DNA from: Psilocybe cubensis
Lineage: Eukaryota
DNA: 64,000 nucleotides
Direction of reading: 5' to 3'
NCBI GenBank assembly: GCA_017499595.2
Contig: CM039006.1
Location: 2,108,001 to 2,172,000, forward strand
A program made the translations under genes and the position numbers. The notes under the pieces were generated by a model that did no database searches, was not told the DNA's origin, and was given only the letters and a program-made list of their open reading frames with translations. Below are positions 9,561-23,707 of this stretch, one piece after another (position 1 is the stretch's first letter; each line of letters opens with the position of its first letter).

Positions 9561-12500
9561 AGCGCGACACCAACTCGAATCGCAGACTGGCATAAGGACG
9601 GGATGGACAGCTGTCAAAATTCCATTTCGTGCCCTCTTATATACCTTCAGCAAAGTTCCGAGAACCCTGATCCAATTCTTTTAGCTCGCTCCTACGTTTG
9701 CCAAATTTTCTGCCTGATCCCCGTGTACGTACACCCAGCAACACATCCTCGTTACCTCACTTTCCACTCTACATGGCCCAGGAATGTCAGCCTATCATTT
9801 GAGTCAAACACATTGCTAATGGTATTCATGATTTTCACAACTCACAGGGGCTCAAAATTCCAAAAATAAGTAACACAACTCCTGATGAACTTTTCGATGG
9901 ATTCTAACGACTCACAGGGGCTTGAAATTCCAAAAATAAGCAACACAGCAACTAGCGTGTATCGGCAATTTAAACTACATACGAGATCGCAGCCAGCTCA
10001 TCGGTCCACCCAAACCAATCGACTGGATTTCAGGGTCCCAGATATCTTTTTTGGCAAAATCGATTCGTCTGGAAATGAGCTCATCGTGAACCTTTTCCCA
10101 TAGTCCTCTTATGTGCGAATGACATCACATACCGTGCCAAGTCCAATAGACGCGCGGATTTCAAATAAGCGCCCAGTCTTTTCCGGGACGTTCATCAAGG
10201 TTCCTACGCTGTCCTTCCACTTTCAAGTCATTTCAATTGCTAAACGTTGTGCTTTTCATCATTCTAAGAGGTTTCCATGGTCAAATAGCTGCAGAAACGC
10301 ACCGAATTCATGTATCGAGCATTGCCACGTAGGTCACAAAATCCAGCATTTCGAGATCAAACACAACGAACAACAGGTCAAAATGAGTGTTCCCATATAT
10401 AAACAGGACCACTAAGTACTTCTCGGATCTTTTCTAACGAGTAAACGCGTGGGATATGAAAATGTAACTATATTTTCCCCTGACTACATTGGTTTACTCC
10501 TGTTCTAGGTTTACTTTACCCTCGCTAGTGGTTCACAATGACATATTTACCTTCTTTGCATCCTTGCATGTACCTTTAAACATAATACGGACTCGTCAAC
10601 TTGTCTGAACGCTGGAGACAAAGCGAAATCAACACGTCACCCTATAACGTTCTCCGTCTCGATTTCGACATTTGTTGAATTAGAGTCGTTTCGAGGGCAC
10701 TACGTAACGTAAGATATAATTAGTTTTGATAAAAATATTGGGCTTAGAAGACGGAAACGTCGGCGGATGCGAAGAGACTGTAATTCCGGAAAACACAGTT
10801 ACGAACGTTCCTTGAATTTCGCTTTATACAGGTCATTGTACACTTTGAAGATCCATGTAGGGTATTCTAGTCTACATATGTTAAAAGACTCAATGCTCTG
10901 TGAGGCACGATTTTATGTTCAAAATGTTCCATAAAGCTCGATTGAGTCGTTCCGGAGTGGAATAACAACACACGGAAAACACTCTGTTTCAAATGTACAG
11001 ACACTGAGAGATTTAAAACTACCCTAATTCACTTGAAGCATCAAACTTCAAAGCATAACTTTTGCACAAATGCTATCTACGGTGCAAAATAAGCAGTGAG
11101 CTGTATAATGCATATTACAGGAAACACACTCTCAGACCCCAAAATACCCACCATTCTATCATACAGACACTCTTCCCCATCACCGCAGACTCAAACCGAC
11201 CACCCAATCGCTCCGAGTCGCAGACTAGACCCAGAGCTATTGCAAACGGGCATCTGCGCCTCCTCCCCCATTACGCACTTTCCAAGCCTTCCAAACCGCT
11301 CGCTCCCGGTCGCAACGTGTTTACGACACCCCTTACATACACGATCGACGCTTGTGGCGATTGAAAATGAGAGGAAGCAGCGGTGAACTTGGGTGAACTG
11401 TTTGTGTGCTGGCAGTCGTTACAAGCTCTAGCGACGTTTAACGCGTTTTACGTCGGTTTATGGGTTTCTGGGGATGCTGGTAATCACTGTGATATGAATA
11501 GGGGTTGTTGGGGTGAAGGATTTGTGGGCAAAAAAAGTTGTCGGATTGTTTGCAAAGATGGAGTAGACGCGAGCTGAATCGCTCGCAGATCAATTTCAGC
11601 ACCTTTGCACAACGGGGTACTATGCAGAATATGTTATACTTGACCAGGAGAGCACCATAGAATGGTCAGCCAGACGGTCAAGCTCCCGGTGGAGTCCTGC
11701 AACACATCCGTTCCCCAATCCAATCCCCTCCTCCTTCCCCAAAACACCGCTCGTCTCGCAAAAAAACCACCTGGATTGTTATCATCCCTGAACGTATCAC
11801 TTATTCATAGCATCTCACGTACCTCGTCGCGTAATTTCGAAGCTGGAAACTGAAATTTTTTTTGTGATACTCCCGAGGCATTCCAGTCCGTCCATTCAAT
11901 CGACACAAACACTAGAACGCAGAATACGTACGAATACAACACCTAGAAGAGTACGGTAGTGTAGTACATGTCAGCTCCAAGCCCCGACAATAGAAAGATC
12001 AAGGAGTGCAACTCACCAAGTAGCAAATGTACATTTCACAAACGGCAGGATGTAATGCATTGCGATGCAACAACTCCCCATCTGCATCTTCCGACCGAAA
12101 TGCAGTTTGAAACGTCTGGAATTCGGTGCTTTGTATCTCGTTAGCTTAATTAAGCAACGTAAGATCGAGGACTGTACCGAAATTGAGATGCAAATTTTTG
12201 AAGCTAGAGCTCGAGAGTTCACGTAGAGGCGGTTTGGCGAGTTTGCGGTGAATACTGGACTGCTTTGTGATGGGTGTAGCTGTTTTATGCTCGTCTCCTA
12301 TTCTGTGGGTGTAGTTGTTATTTATTCTTCTAATTTTTGTGAGTGTAGTTGCACTGAGAGTATGTACTCGTTTACTTTTCTTTTCTGTGCTGCCTGGATA
12401 TCAGAATTGATAACAAAAGTGATTATCACGAATCTCGTCTTTTCATGTCTATCGTGAACTGATCTTTAGCAAATAGAATGAAATTATATTGCATTAGCAC

Positions 12501-12658
12501 ACTACACGACGACAGGGGGTATACAGTGTACAGAAATACACCCAATCTCTCGCTTAGCGGAGGAGGCAGGTTGCAGATCCCAAATCGGACCCTGCAAAAC
12601 GACCCGAAAACACAACCCCTGTGCGTATGTATGTACATACAGCGGCAAGGTGCGCGTG

Positions 12659-15639
12659 TATATAAGGAGTGTGGAATACCACTCACCTTTCCTCATCCCG
12701 CCTTGGCTTCTCCGCTCCGCTCTCCTCTCCTCTCCTCGAGTCTTGGGCACCGCGCCCCCCACTCTTCTCTTTGGACTGGCACGACGACGAGGCGGCTCTG
12801 CTGTCTGTCGCAGAAATCAAGCTCACACTCACCTATTTGCAGGCCGCCCTGCTCGTGTCTAGCCTTCTCCGTGTGTGTCTTGCGAGCTGGAATATCCTTC
12901 TGCTGATTGACACCCATTCTCGCAGATGTTATCACCACATCTAACCGTACTGCCTCCCCTGTAAGTGTCTTGTCATCGTGTTCTTTGTCGGGATGTTGCT
13001 AACAGTCTCTTGAAACTGCAGAATCGAGCGCGATGGAAAAGATGAGTGCTGGGTGACGTGTACCCCTGTAAGTGTCTGGATATTGTTTTTCTTACCAGAG
13101 ACGTGTTGAGGCAACTGCTGGACGAGGTGCGAGAAACACCGTCGTAAGTATTAGTCGCTCCGCGCTGTCTTGCTGGATGCCGTGTTCTGATGACTGTGGC
13201 ATTACTGTACAGGAGCGACAGGATCGGCGCAGAACAGTCACAAATGACGCACCTAAAAGTGAGTACAATTTGCAGTCAGTCGTGTTACATGCCATCGAAT
13301 TAACTCGCACCTACGCACCTTTTACAGCCACGCAGCGGACCCATTCTTCCTCATCTAGACCACGTTTGAACGTCCGCCCGCCCCCGTAAGTGTCTCGATC
13401 GTCATGTTTCTGGTAGGGCTTGTGCTGACAACTGGAAAGGCAGCTCGAAATACGAGCTTGACGGTGCCGACGAGTGTTGGGTGACGTGGGAGAAGCGTCC
13501 GAGTAAGCTCCCTGCATGTCGAGGTCGCTCCGTGCCGTCTTGCTGACTGACATTGCTGTAGATGAATGATGCGATTGACGGAGAGGAGCATTGAAAGGTG
13601 AGTACGTCCTGCAGTTGTGCTTCACATGTTTGATGCTGCTCCTTGCAGGCGTTGTCCGGTCTATCTCTGGATGTTGAGCTGCAATCGTGCTCCTCGTCGG
13701 AATCGCGCTGGAAGTCGATAAACGCGAGCGGGATGGTGTGGTGCAACAGGGAACTGTGGAGGCGGAGTGCGGGTGCGGTGGGTGCTGTATGCGACACGAG
13801 ATGAGCTGTAGGTTGTTGTGACTGGAGGTATGTACCTCTATCTCTGTGGATGTTGAACAATCGTGCTGACAGAGAGATTGAGGGTCAAGGGACTGCTGTC
13901 ACTTTACCTCGTCCATGGTTGTCCATGGAAACCTCGCACCACGAGGGCCGGTAAGTTTGTTCTTGGTGAACTCATGCTGTCTGACGCTGAACTGGATGGT
14001 CGGTAGGCAACGTTCGAGATAGCGCAGCCTGTCAAGGTTGAGCACAACGCCAGCAGGGTTCTCGCGGCCTTGCGCTTGCCATGAATCCACTTCTGAATGT
14101 CGTCCCGCGATTGTGATCATCGTGACGCCGTGTTTCCAGCGCGGCCTCTTGCTGAATATCGTGACGAACGACTGGAACAGCGAAGAGGATGGTTGATGGG
14201 TGAGTACTTCTTGCGATCCAGCCGTCAAACTGATGTTCAATGCCTCTCGCAGACATTCTCCCGCCGCTTCGACCCACAAACCTCGTCAGAGTCGATGAAC
14301 GTGAGTGCGGTGGAGCGAAAACAGGTTGTGGGGTACCGTGTGCGAGAGACGGAGAGCTGGACACGGGTGCTGGAGATCAGTGTGAGTGGGGAAACTTTGA
14401 ATAATGGTATGTATGTACCTTTATATTAGTGGTTGTTGTTGAACACCCATGCTGACAGCGAGTTTGAGGCGCGAGACACTGCTGTCGATATGCGTCGTCC
14501 GTTGTTGTCCAGGGCGGTATCGTACATTAAGGATCTCGGTGAGTTTCTTGTCGGACTCGTGGTTGGTTGTTGATAAACCCAATGTCTGGTAGGCACTGTG
14601 CAATGAGGCACCCTGTAAATGTTTGGCACAGTGCTGCCAGGTGTTACGAGTATCGTATGAGGAGTGTCTACAGGTAGGGGATGAGCCGGGTGTCTTGAAA
14701 AGCTTGAATCACGGTACGTACCTTATTGCGGTTGGTGTCAAGTACCGGGCTGAAATTGAGGTTGAAGCTTGCTTTCAATAAGCATCGTCCATTGGCGAGG
14801 TCGTACGAGGATCTCTGTTGTGGGCAGAGATGTAGAGGTTGTGAACAATGAATCGGCAGCCGTTTTGGTGAGTTTTATGCCTGTGTGTGTCGACGATGAG
14901 ATTGAAGATGATTGCTAGCAAGGTGCAGAAGGTGAAGGCACGACGAGAATCCGTGGAGATGGGCGAAGGCAGGTGGGGTGCTTTATAAGATAGGAGATGG
15001 GCTAGATGACCAGAAATCTCTGAATCATGGTACGTACCTTTATCGCGATCGGTATGTAGTAACAGGCTGACAGAGAGGTTGAGGCACAAGGAATTGATGT
15101 CGATAAGCATTGTTCATTGGCGGCATCGAACGAGAAGGGCATTTGGGCCAGAGAGCCAGAGGTTGTGCATGAGGATTTGGCGTCTACGTCGGTGAGTTTA
15201 CGCCTTTCCGTGTTGACGACGATGTTGAAACCGATGGGCAGCACGATGAGCAAGGTTGAGGTGCGAGGTAGGCCTGGGGCAGCAGATGCAGAATGTCTGT
15301 TGACAGGGAATGAGTTGGACGTCTGAAAAGTTTTGAATGACAGTACGTACCTTTATCACAATGGATGTTGAATACCAGACTGACAGAAATATAAGGGTGT
15401 CCACGATGGCAGCGTATCTCAAAGAAAACAGGCAGGGTGTAGATGCTATGAAAGGAGTAAATCGTGTTGTGGGGCGCCATGGATAGACCGGATTGTGCAC
15501 GACGGCGAGCGTTGGAAGGGCAGAGGTCGAAGGTGTTGCAGTGCAGAAGAGAGAAGCAAGGGACGCTAGGAAAGAAGAGTCAAAGTGAGACAGTCGGGTT
15601 GGAAAAGAGGGAATTGCAGCGAAAAAGATGAGACGGACG
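12659..15639. ncRNA. Intron-dense repeat region (copy 2)
   Basis: Identical to 1610-4590 at offset +11049. Confidence 0.45.
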
Positions 15640-15847
15640 CGTTAAATGGGTCATTGTAATGTAACCGGGTAACTGTAAGTCATTGGCGGAGTTCATAGAT
15701 CATCTCCTGATTGATCAAGAGTAGCGCTAATCATGCAAACCCTTCATATCTTGAATCCGCCCCAAATACTATCAAAGCTCTTTATTCCTACTTTAATGTC
15801 CAGTAAACACCAACACCCTACAGCTCAGAACTGGGCCTACATTTAAC

Positions 15848-16402
15848 ATGCACGTCGTTTGCGACGCACGCATGCCAACACATCTCCTCGCCGCCACACA
15901 GTCCGACCAGGATCCAGTGAAAACGTCGCCGCTAATGCTCCCCATTGACCGCGTTCTTTTCGAGCGCGGATTTCGCATCGACCTTAATTTTCCACCAGCT
16001 ACATCTATTACCCCCAAACCACGCAGTATAACCGTTGGAGATTCACAGGTCCTCTACGTGAACCTTCCGGTGATTCCTGTCAATGTGCCCCACCTCTCAT
16101 CCCTTGCGCTCCTACTTCTCTATGCAATGGGTCTCGAAACCAATCTTAACATCCTCGCTTGGAAGCTGCTTCCTGTAGAAGTCGTAGAGGAGTTTCCAAA
16201 CGCGGCAGCCATGTCGACGATCTTATCAAGACGACCGCAGGCCGAACAGGAATCAATATACAGGCATAACCAGGGTTTGTGGAAAAACATTCTCGCGTTG
16301 GGATTAAATAATGCCCGGATAATCCAGGTTGTGCAGACGGCGTGGAATGTTACGGCAGACGCTCGTCGTGTCATGCTTCGCAATAACCTGAAGCAATACT
16401 AG
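15848..16402 (+). CDS. Clp1-like protein (copy 2)
   Basis: Identical translation to 4799-5353. Confidence 0.7.
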   Translation: MHVVCDARMPTHLLAATQSDQDPVKTSPLMLPIDRVLFERGFRIDLNFPPATSITPKPRSITVGDSQVLYVNLPVIPVNVPHLSSLALLLLYAMGLETNLNILAWKLLPVEVVEEFPNAAAMSTILSRRPQAEQESIYRHNQGLWKNILALGLNNARIIQVVQTAWNVTADARRVMLRNNLKQY

Positions 16403-17702
16403 CCCAATTCCTGGCTTCTAATTTTTATGGATGCTTGCACAACCTACGACTCCAACTTTACGATCACAAACTATATCTACAATGGATTCTCTCGGCCTCT
16501 TTTATCTTATCTTTTCCGGTCCATCTATTCATCCCGTACTAATATTTTTTCATGTGCGCCATCTATCGTTCATTTGTTTCTTATGGAACTTGTTATATCT
16601 ATTCCTCATCACTATCTTACACTCATTCAGTTTACACTATTCAGCGTGTACGAGAACCGGCGCAAGCTCTAATTTTCACATTCGCTGTCAAAACTGTGGT
16701 GGGCGATCAGCATCACTTAACCCTAAACCCTATGGCTGCCCAAGTGGGGAGATATTCCCCGTAGATATAATTTCCTTATTTTTGAGAAGTGCGTCAATGA
16801 TAGAACAAAATTTGTGAGCGGACACATTTGTTTGGTGTGTGCAGATTTCTTTCTGAACCAATTTGATGAATCGGTAAACACAATTAGCTATTTCGAATAT
16901 TTGAATTTGCAAGCGCGAGTGCATTATTTCTGCTCCAAATTATATTTAATGTGTAAATTACATGTGCATAAGCACATTTTGTGCGCTGAACAAACGTTTC
17001 AATGCGAGGAAAACATACTATCATTGACCAGACGTTTGGTTGACCACTGATTCGGTTTACCCACCTTCCCGTACTCCGTTTCTTCTGCAAATTGAAATAT
17101 AAGCTTTAGTGTATGAGTTATACATGATCTTACTTTTTTTTGACCAGAAACGAGGTAGAAATGAGCAAAACAAATGAGTGTTAGAAATTGATCGTTTTGC
17201 AATGCCGACAATGCCATCAAAAAGAAAGAAAGGACGGCATGTCGGCGCATCGCGTCTCACGTGCAATATAGTCTCTAGACAGACCACGATACGTTTGCGT
17301 GTTTACTGAAACGCGTTCAGGATGCTCTGAGCACATCGTAACACTTTCTTTTCCTTTTCACAATTATATATGCTGACCCTACCTATGAAAATAGAATACA
17401 GGAAGCTATCAATGCTGTCCGTGATGGTCGATTTCCCACTCGTAATACCCATAGTTATACTTATACTAATAATTTCTGATATACTGATAACCAATAAATA
17501 CCATTGTCTTTATTGCAACTGCAAGCGACGACAAAACATGAATGGACTTGAGGAGGAATCCCACGAGAATACGTCTTAGTTATAGGAAGCCGTCTTGTCG
17601 GCAGTGGTCGGAGTTGAAAATATTATGTACCGATGATCAGCCATCAAAACGAATCCAAACCGAATGATTCTTTTTGTGAAGTGGGCAGCCGTGATTGGTT
17701 CC

Positions 17703-18214
17703 CTTTCGAGTCATTCAGCATGTACATCAAGACTGCGCTGATGTTGTTCACTTCGCTTTGTAGCTGAGATCGAGCAGGTGGGTCATGATATTGGGTTCCC
17801 TTCAGCGCCAGATTAAATAAAATGCTCGTGGATGAAAGACCGACACTTTGTGTTCGATGGCGGGTGTTAGAAGGGATGTATCAATTCAATGTAGAAGCTT
17901 CAGGGAAACGGTATTGGTACTTCAAAATGCTTGAGAATTTGTTGAACGAGGCCTGCTATGATCTGAACATAGGGAGCTTGTGCAAACGCCTCTAAAACAT
18001 CATCAGCAAGACTTGTCACAGTATGGATAGTAGCATTTCCCCATCCGAATACAGTGCTTGGGAGTGATTCAGTGGTTTCAGCTCTCAGCGCTCCCGGACT
18101 GTCTACTGCAGCGTCAACTCTGTCTGGTTTTTCGTTTGACCTTGGCCGAGTCTGGCCATAAAGTATGATAGCACTATGTGGCGATGGCCTCGCGGTATTC
18201 GTCATTCTCCCCAT
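17703..18214 (-). pseudogene. NLR remnant (copy 2)
   Basis: Array copy of 6654-7165. Confidence 0.85.
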
Positions 18215-18781
18215 GATGCTTTGTACTTCAATCCGGTTTCCTTGTGGCTAATACGGCTGGTGGATTGGTATCGGTTGGCCACTGATATTGTATGCTGGCT
18301 AATTGAAGCGAGTTTGTTTATCTGTTTGGACACAGGAAGGTCTCCTTTTGCAACATTGAATGATAATGGTGATGCTTATTGAATATCTTTCAATATTCAA
18401 GTCTAAAGGATTGCGCGCCACGCATAGTACACCTGCCTCTGGAATCTTCGAATTTGTTATTTATGACTAGGCCTTGTCAATTATCTGACGAATATACGGT
18501 TTGGTAGACATCAAAAATCAAGAAAATTGGTATGTTTCTCCGGACTCGGACCGTAGGCATAGGCCTTCGATAAACCGGATAATAGACGACACGTTTGGGC
18601 CTGAATGAGCTGTGATATTATCGAACAAAAGCCTTCGGGGCCGCCGCGGCATGCCCATGTCATTGTCGATGGCACTTGATGCCTATGAATCACGGTGAGT
18701 CACAAGCGCACGGTTATATATGGACGATATGAGCGGAGAGAAAAGAAGGCAATCTATCCATCGATACAACTGATATCTAGA

Positions 18782-19172
18782 ATGTTGACCCGGGACGATT
18801 ATGTGTTTTTCTGGAAGACAAATGAGGAGCAGTGAGTCATTAAGTCACTTCCAACCAGGTCACGTAAAGAGTACATATAACCGTGCACAGTGGATGGGGC
18901 TCGCAGTGGTATCTTTCGCCCTTCAAAGCGGCCGTTGTACTTTCTGGAGACGAGGGGGCAGAAGAAGAGACTGTGCTTTTCCCTACTGCTGAGCATTGAA
19001 AGCGCTGTTATTCAAAGACTATGCGGTGGCCCGAGAAATTCTAGAGATCACAGGAGTCGGACAAGAGGAAATGCGATATGTCAAAGGCTTAGGTCGCAAA
19101 GTTCAGGGATTTGACGAAGAAACGTGCTTACTCAACCCCGAAATCATGGGGATCAAAGACGCTAATGTTTAT
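18782..19172 (+). pseudogene. Truncated NADAR pseudogene (copy 2)
   Basis: Array copy of 7733-8123. Confidence 0.88.
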
Positions 19173-19378
19173 TCTAACCATCAATGGAGCGAATAACCAT
19201 ATTGAGACGACCCTGAGTGAAAGACATAGAAGTTTTTTTCTCTTTTTTGCTACGTACGGACATAGTTTCTCCCCGCCCGAAGGCCAGGGTGCTTATTTTC
19301 TCTATCTACACAAAAAAAATATCTTCACCTCTTAGTTTTGACTGGGGGCGCGTGAACGGAACTCTGTGACCAGAAAAC

Positions 19379-20609
19379 TTGCGGAAATCCAAAAGTTTGA
19401 ATCTATATCTACAGAACCGTATTAGCAAAGACCACAAAACACATAATCTTGACTCTGACTCACGGTTTGTGTGAATTCAAAGCATTCAATTTCAACTGCA
19501 AAGGTAACATCAGCAAAGACCGAGATACCATGTACCACCAAACTCACCCTTGCAAGGCGATTCGGAAATATCAAAAATACTTGCCGGTCATAACTGGCGC
19601 AAAACATCAAATTTAGACCCGAGAGGTACCCGACATGGAAACACACACAACAAACACACCTGCAGGGCGATTCGCCGGAACGCGAAATATCAAATTTTGA
19701 CTTTGGGGGCGACTTGTAATGGGGCAGTTCGCGGGAATCCAAAATATCAAATTTCAACTCCTAGAGGTTGTATCAAACACAACTGTCCGCTACTAGAAAG
19801 GCAAATTATTGAAGGGAAAGTCAACATACAAACAAATGCCACGTACCATCAAACAGACCCACAGAGCGATTCTCGGGAACGCAAAATATCAAATTTGGAC
19901 TTTGGGGGCCACATACCACAAAAAATGTGTTGACTTGTAGCGGGGAGGTTTGCGGGAATCCAAAATATCGAATGTAGGTCTGAGGGGGAGAGGTTTACAA
20001 CTGAGTTTGACACCCTGGAGTCATATTCGCATACACCTAACATGCTCGCAGGGCGGTCCGCGGGAACGCGAAATATCAAATTTCGACTTCGAGGGGTGCC
20101 ACATAGCACCAAACACTAGGGCATGGTTCGCGGGAATCCAGAATATCGAATTTACGTCCGAGGGAGGCCAATCTGACTTGCACCGTGTTTGCTTTGACTC
20201 CTGTTGTCATGTTAGTAAAGAATAAAAGAGAGATGCAAGTGCCACGTACGAAAATATGTAGTCTTCAGCACAGTTCGCGGGAACACAGAATCTCAAATTT
20301 CGGTCGGGGGCCGGTCAATCTGACTTGCAAGATGTTTGCTTTGACTCCTGCTGTAATGTTAGTAAAGACTGAGAAAGAGAAGCAAGTGCCACGTACCAAA
20401 ATATGTAGCCTTCAGCGCGGTTTGCGGGAACACAGAATATCAAATTTCGAAAGGTGACGGAGTTTGATGAACAGGGTGGTTCGCGGGAAGTCAAAATATA
20501 CAATTTTGATGCCTGGGACCGTAACTGGCATTCAGGCCACGGCAGCGTATCACTATGGTGGCGGGAAGGCGAAATATCGAGTCGGCGGACGCCCAAAAAT
20601 CAAATTTTG
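19379..20609 (+). repeat. Iterated motif block (copy 2)
   Basis: Array copy of 8330-9560. Confidence 0.9.
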
Positions 20610-23600
20610 AGCGCGACACCAACTCGAATCGCAGACTGGCATAAGGACGGGATGGACAGCTGTCAAAATTCCATTTCGTGCCCTCTTATATACCTTCAGC
20701 AAAGTTCCGAGAACCCTGATCCAATTCTTTTAGCTCGCTCCTACGTTTGCCAAATTTTCTGCCTGATCCCCGTGTACGTACACCCAGCAACACATCCTCG
20801 TTACCTCACTTTCCACTCTACATGGCCCAGGAATGTCAGCCTATCATTTGAGTCAAACACATTGCTAATGGTATTCATGATTTTCACAACTCACAGGGGC
20901 TCAAAATTCCAAAAATAAGTAACACAACTCCTGATGAACTTTTCGATGGATTCTAACGACTCACAGGGGCTTGAAATTCCAAAAATAAGCAACACAGCAA
21001 CTAGCGTGTATCGGCAATTTAAACTACATACGAGATCGCAGCCAGCTCATCGGTCCACCCAAACCAATCGACTGGATTTCAGGGTCCCAGATATCTTTTT
21101 TGGCAAAATCGATTCGTCTGGAAATGAGCTCATCGTGAACCTTTTCCCATAGTCCTCTTATGTGCGAATGACATCACATACCGTGCCAAGTCCAATAGAC
21201 GCGCGGATTTCAAATAAGCGCCCAGTCTTTTCCGGGACGTTCATCAAGGTTCCTACGCTGTCCTTCCACTTTCAAGTCATTTCAATTGCTAAACGTTGTG
21301 CTTTTCATCATTCTAAGAGGTTTCCATGGTCAAATAGCTGCAGAAACGCACCGAATTCATGTATCGAGCATTGCCACGTAGGTCACAAAATCCAGCATTT
21401 CGAGATCAAACACAACGAACAACAGGTCAAAATGAGTGTTCCCATATATAAACAGGACCACTAAGTACTTCTCGGATCTTTTCTAACGAGTAAACGCGTG
21501 GGATATGAAAATGTAACTATATTTTCCCCTGACTACATTGGTTTACTCCTGTTCTAGGTTTACTTTACCCTCGCTAGTGGTTCACAATGACATATTTACC
21601 TTCTTTGCATCCTTGCATGTACCTTTAAACATAATACGGACTCGTCAACTTGTCTGAACGCTGGAGACAAAGCGAAATCAACACGTCACCCTATAACGTT
21701 CTCCGTCTCGATTTCGACATTTGTTGAATTAGAGTCGTTTCGAGGGCACTACGTAACGTAAGATATAATTAGTTTTGATAAAAATATTGGGCTTAGAAGA
21801 CGGAAACGTCGGCGGATGCGAAGAGACTGTAATTCCGGAAAACACAGTTACGAACGTTCCTTGAATTTCGCTTTATACAGGTCATTGTACACTTTGAAGA
21901 TCCATGTAGGGTATTCTAGTCTACATATGTTAAAAGACTCAATGCTCTGTGAGGCACGATTTTATGTTCAAAATGTTCCATAAAGCTCGATTGAGTCGTT
22001 CCGGAGTGGAATAACAACACACGGAAAACACTCTGTTTCAAATGTACAGACACTGAGAGATTTAAAACTACCCTAATTCACTTGAAGCATCAAACTTCAA
22101 AGCATAACTTTTGCACAAATGCTATCTACGGTGCAAAATAAGCAGTGAGCTGTATAATGCATATTACAGGAAACACACTCTCAGACCCCAAAATACCCAC
22201 CATTCTATCATACAGACACTCTTCCCCATCACCGCAGACTCAAACCGACCACCCAATCGCTCCGAGTCGCAGACTAGACCCAGAGCTATTGCAAACGGGC
22301 ATCTGCGCCTCCTCCCCCATTACGCACTTTCCAAGCCTTCCAAACCGCTCGCTCCCGGTCGCAACGTGTTTACGACACCCCTTACATACACGATCGACGC
22401 TTGTGGCGATTGAAAATGAGAGGAAGCAGCGGTGAACTTGGGTGAACTGTTTGTGTGCTGGCAGTCGTTACAAGCTCTAGCGACGTTTAACGCGTTTTAC
22501 GTCGGTTTATGGGTTTCTGGGGATGCTGGTAATCACTGTGATATGAATAGGGGTTGTTGGGGTGAAGGATTTGTGGGCAAAAAAAGTTGTCGGATTGTTT
22601 GCAAAGATGGAGTAGACGCGAGCTGAATCGCTCGCAGATCAATTTCAGCACCTTTGCACAACGGGGTACTATGCAGAATATGTTATACTTGACCAGGAGA
22701 GCACCATAGAATGGTCAGCCAGACGGTCAAGCTCCCGGTGGAGTCCTGCAACACATCCGTTCCCCAATCCAATCCCCTCCTCCTTCCCCAAAACACCGCT
22801 CGTCTCGCAAAAAAACCACCTGGATTGTTATCATCCCTGAACGTATCACTTATTCATAGCATCTCACGTACCTCGTCGCGTAATTTCGAAGCTGGAAACT
22901 GAAATTTTTTTTGTGATACTCCCGAGGCATTCCAGTCCGTCCATTCAATCGACACAAACACTAGAACGCAGAATACGTACGAATACAACACCTAGAAGAG
23001 TACGGTAGTGTAGTACATGTCAGCTCCAAGCCCCGACAATAGAAAGATCAAGGAGTGCAACTCACCAAGTAGCAAATGTACATTTCACAAACGGCAGGAT
23101 GTAATGCATTGCGATGCAACAACTCCCCATCTGCATCTTCCGACCGAAATGCAGTTTGAAACGTCTGGAATTCGGTGCTTTGTATCTCGTTAGCTTAATT
23201 AAGCAACGTAAGATCGAGGACTGTACCGAAATTGAGATGCAAATTTTTGAAGCTAGAGCTCGAGAGTTCACGTAGAGGCGGTTTGGCGAGTTTGCGGTGA
23301 ATACTGGACTGCTTTGTGATGGGTGTAGCTGTTTTATGCTCGTCTCCTATTCTGTGGGTGTAGTTGTTATTTATTCTTCTAATTTTTGTGAGTGTAGTTG
23401 CACTGAGAGTATGTACTCGTTTACTTTTCTTTTCTGTGCTGCCTGGATATCAGAATTGATAACAAAAGTGATTATCACGAATCTCGTCTTTTCATGTCTA
23501 TCGTGAACTGATCTTTAGCAAATAGAATGAAATTATATTGCATTAGCACACTACACGACGACAGGGGGTATACAGTGTACAGAAATACACCCAATCTCTC

Positions 23601-23707
23601 GCTTAGCGGAGGAGGCAGGTTGCAGATCCCAAATCGGACCCTGCAAAACGACCCGAAAACACAACCCCTGTGCGTATGTATGTACATACAGCGGCAAGGT
23701 GCGCGTG

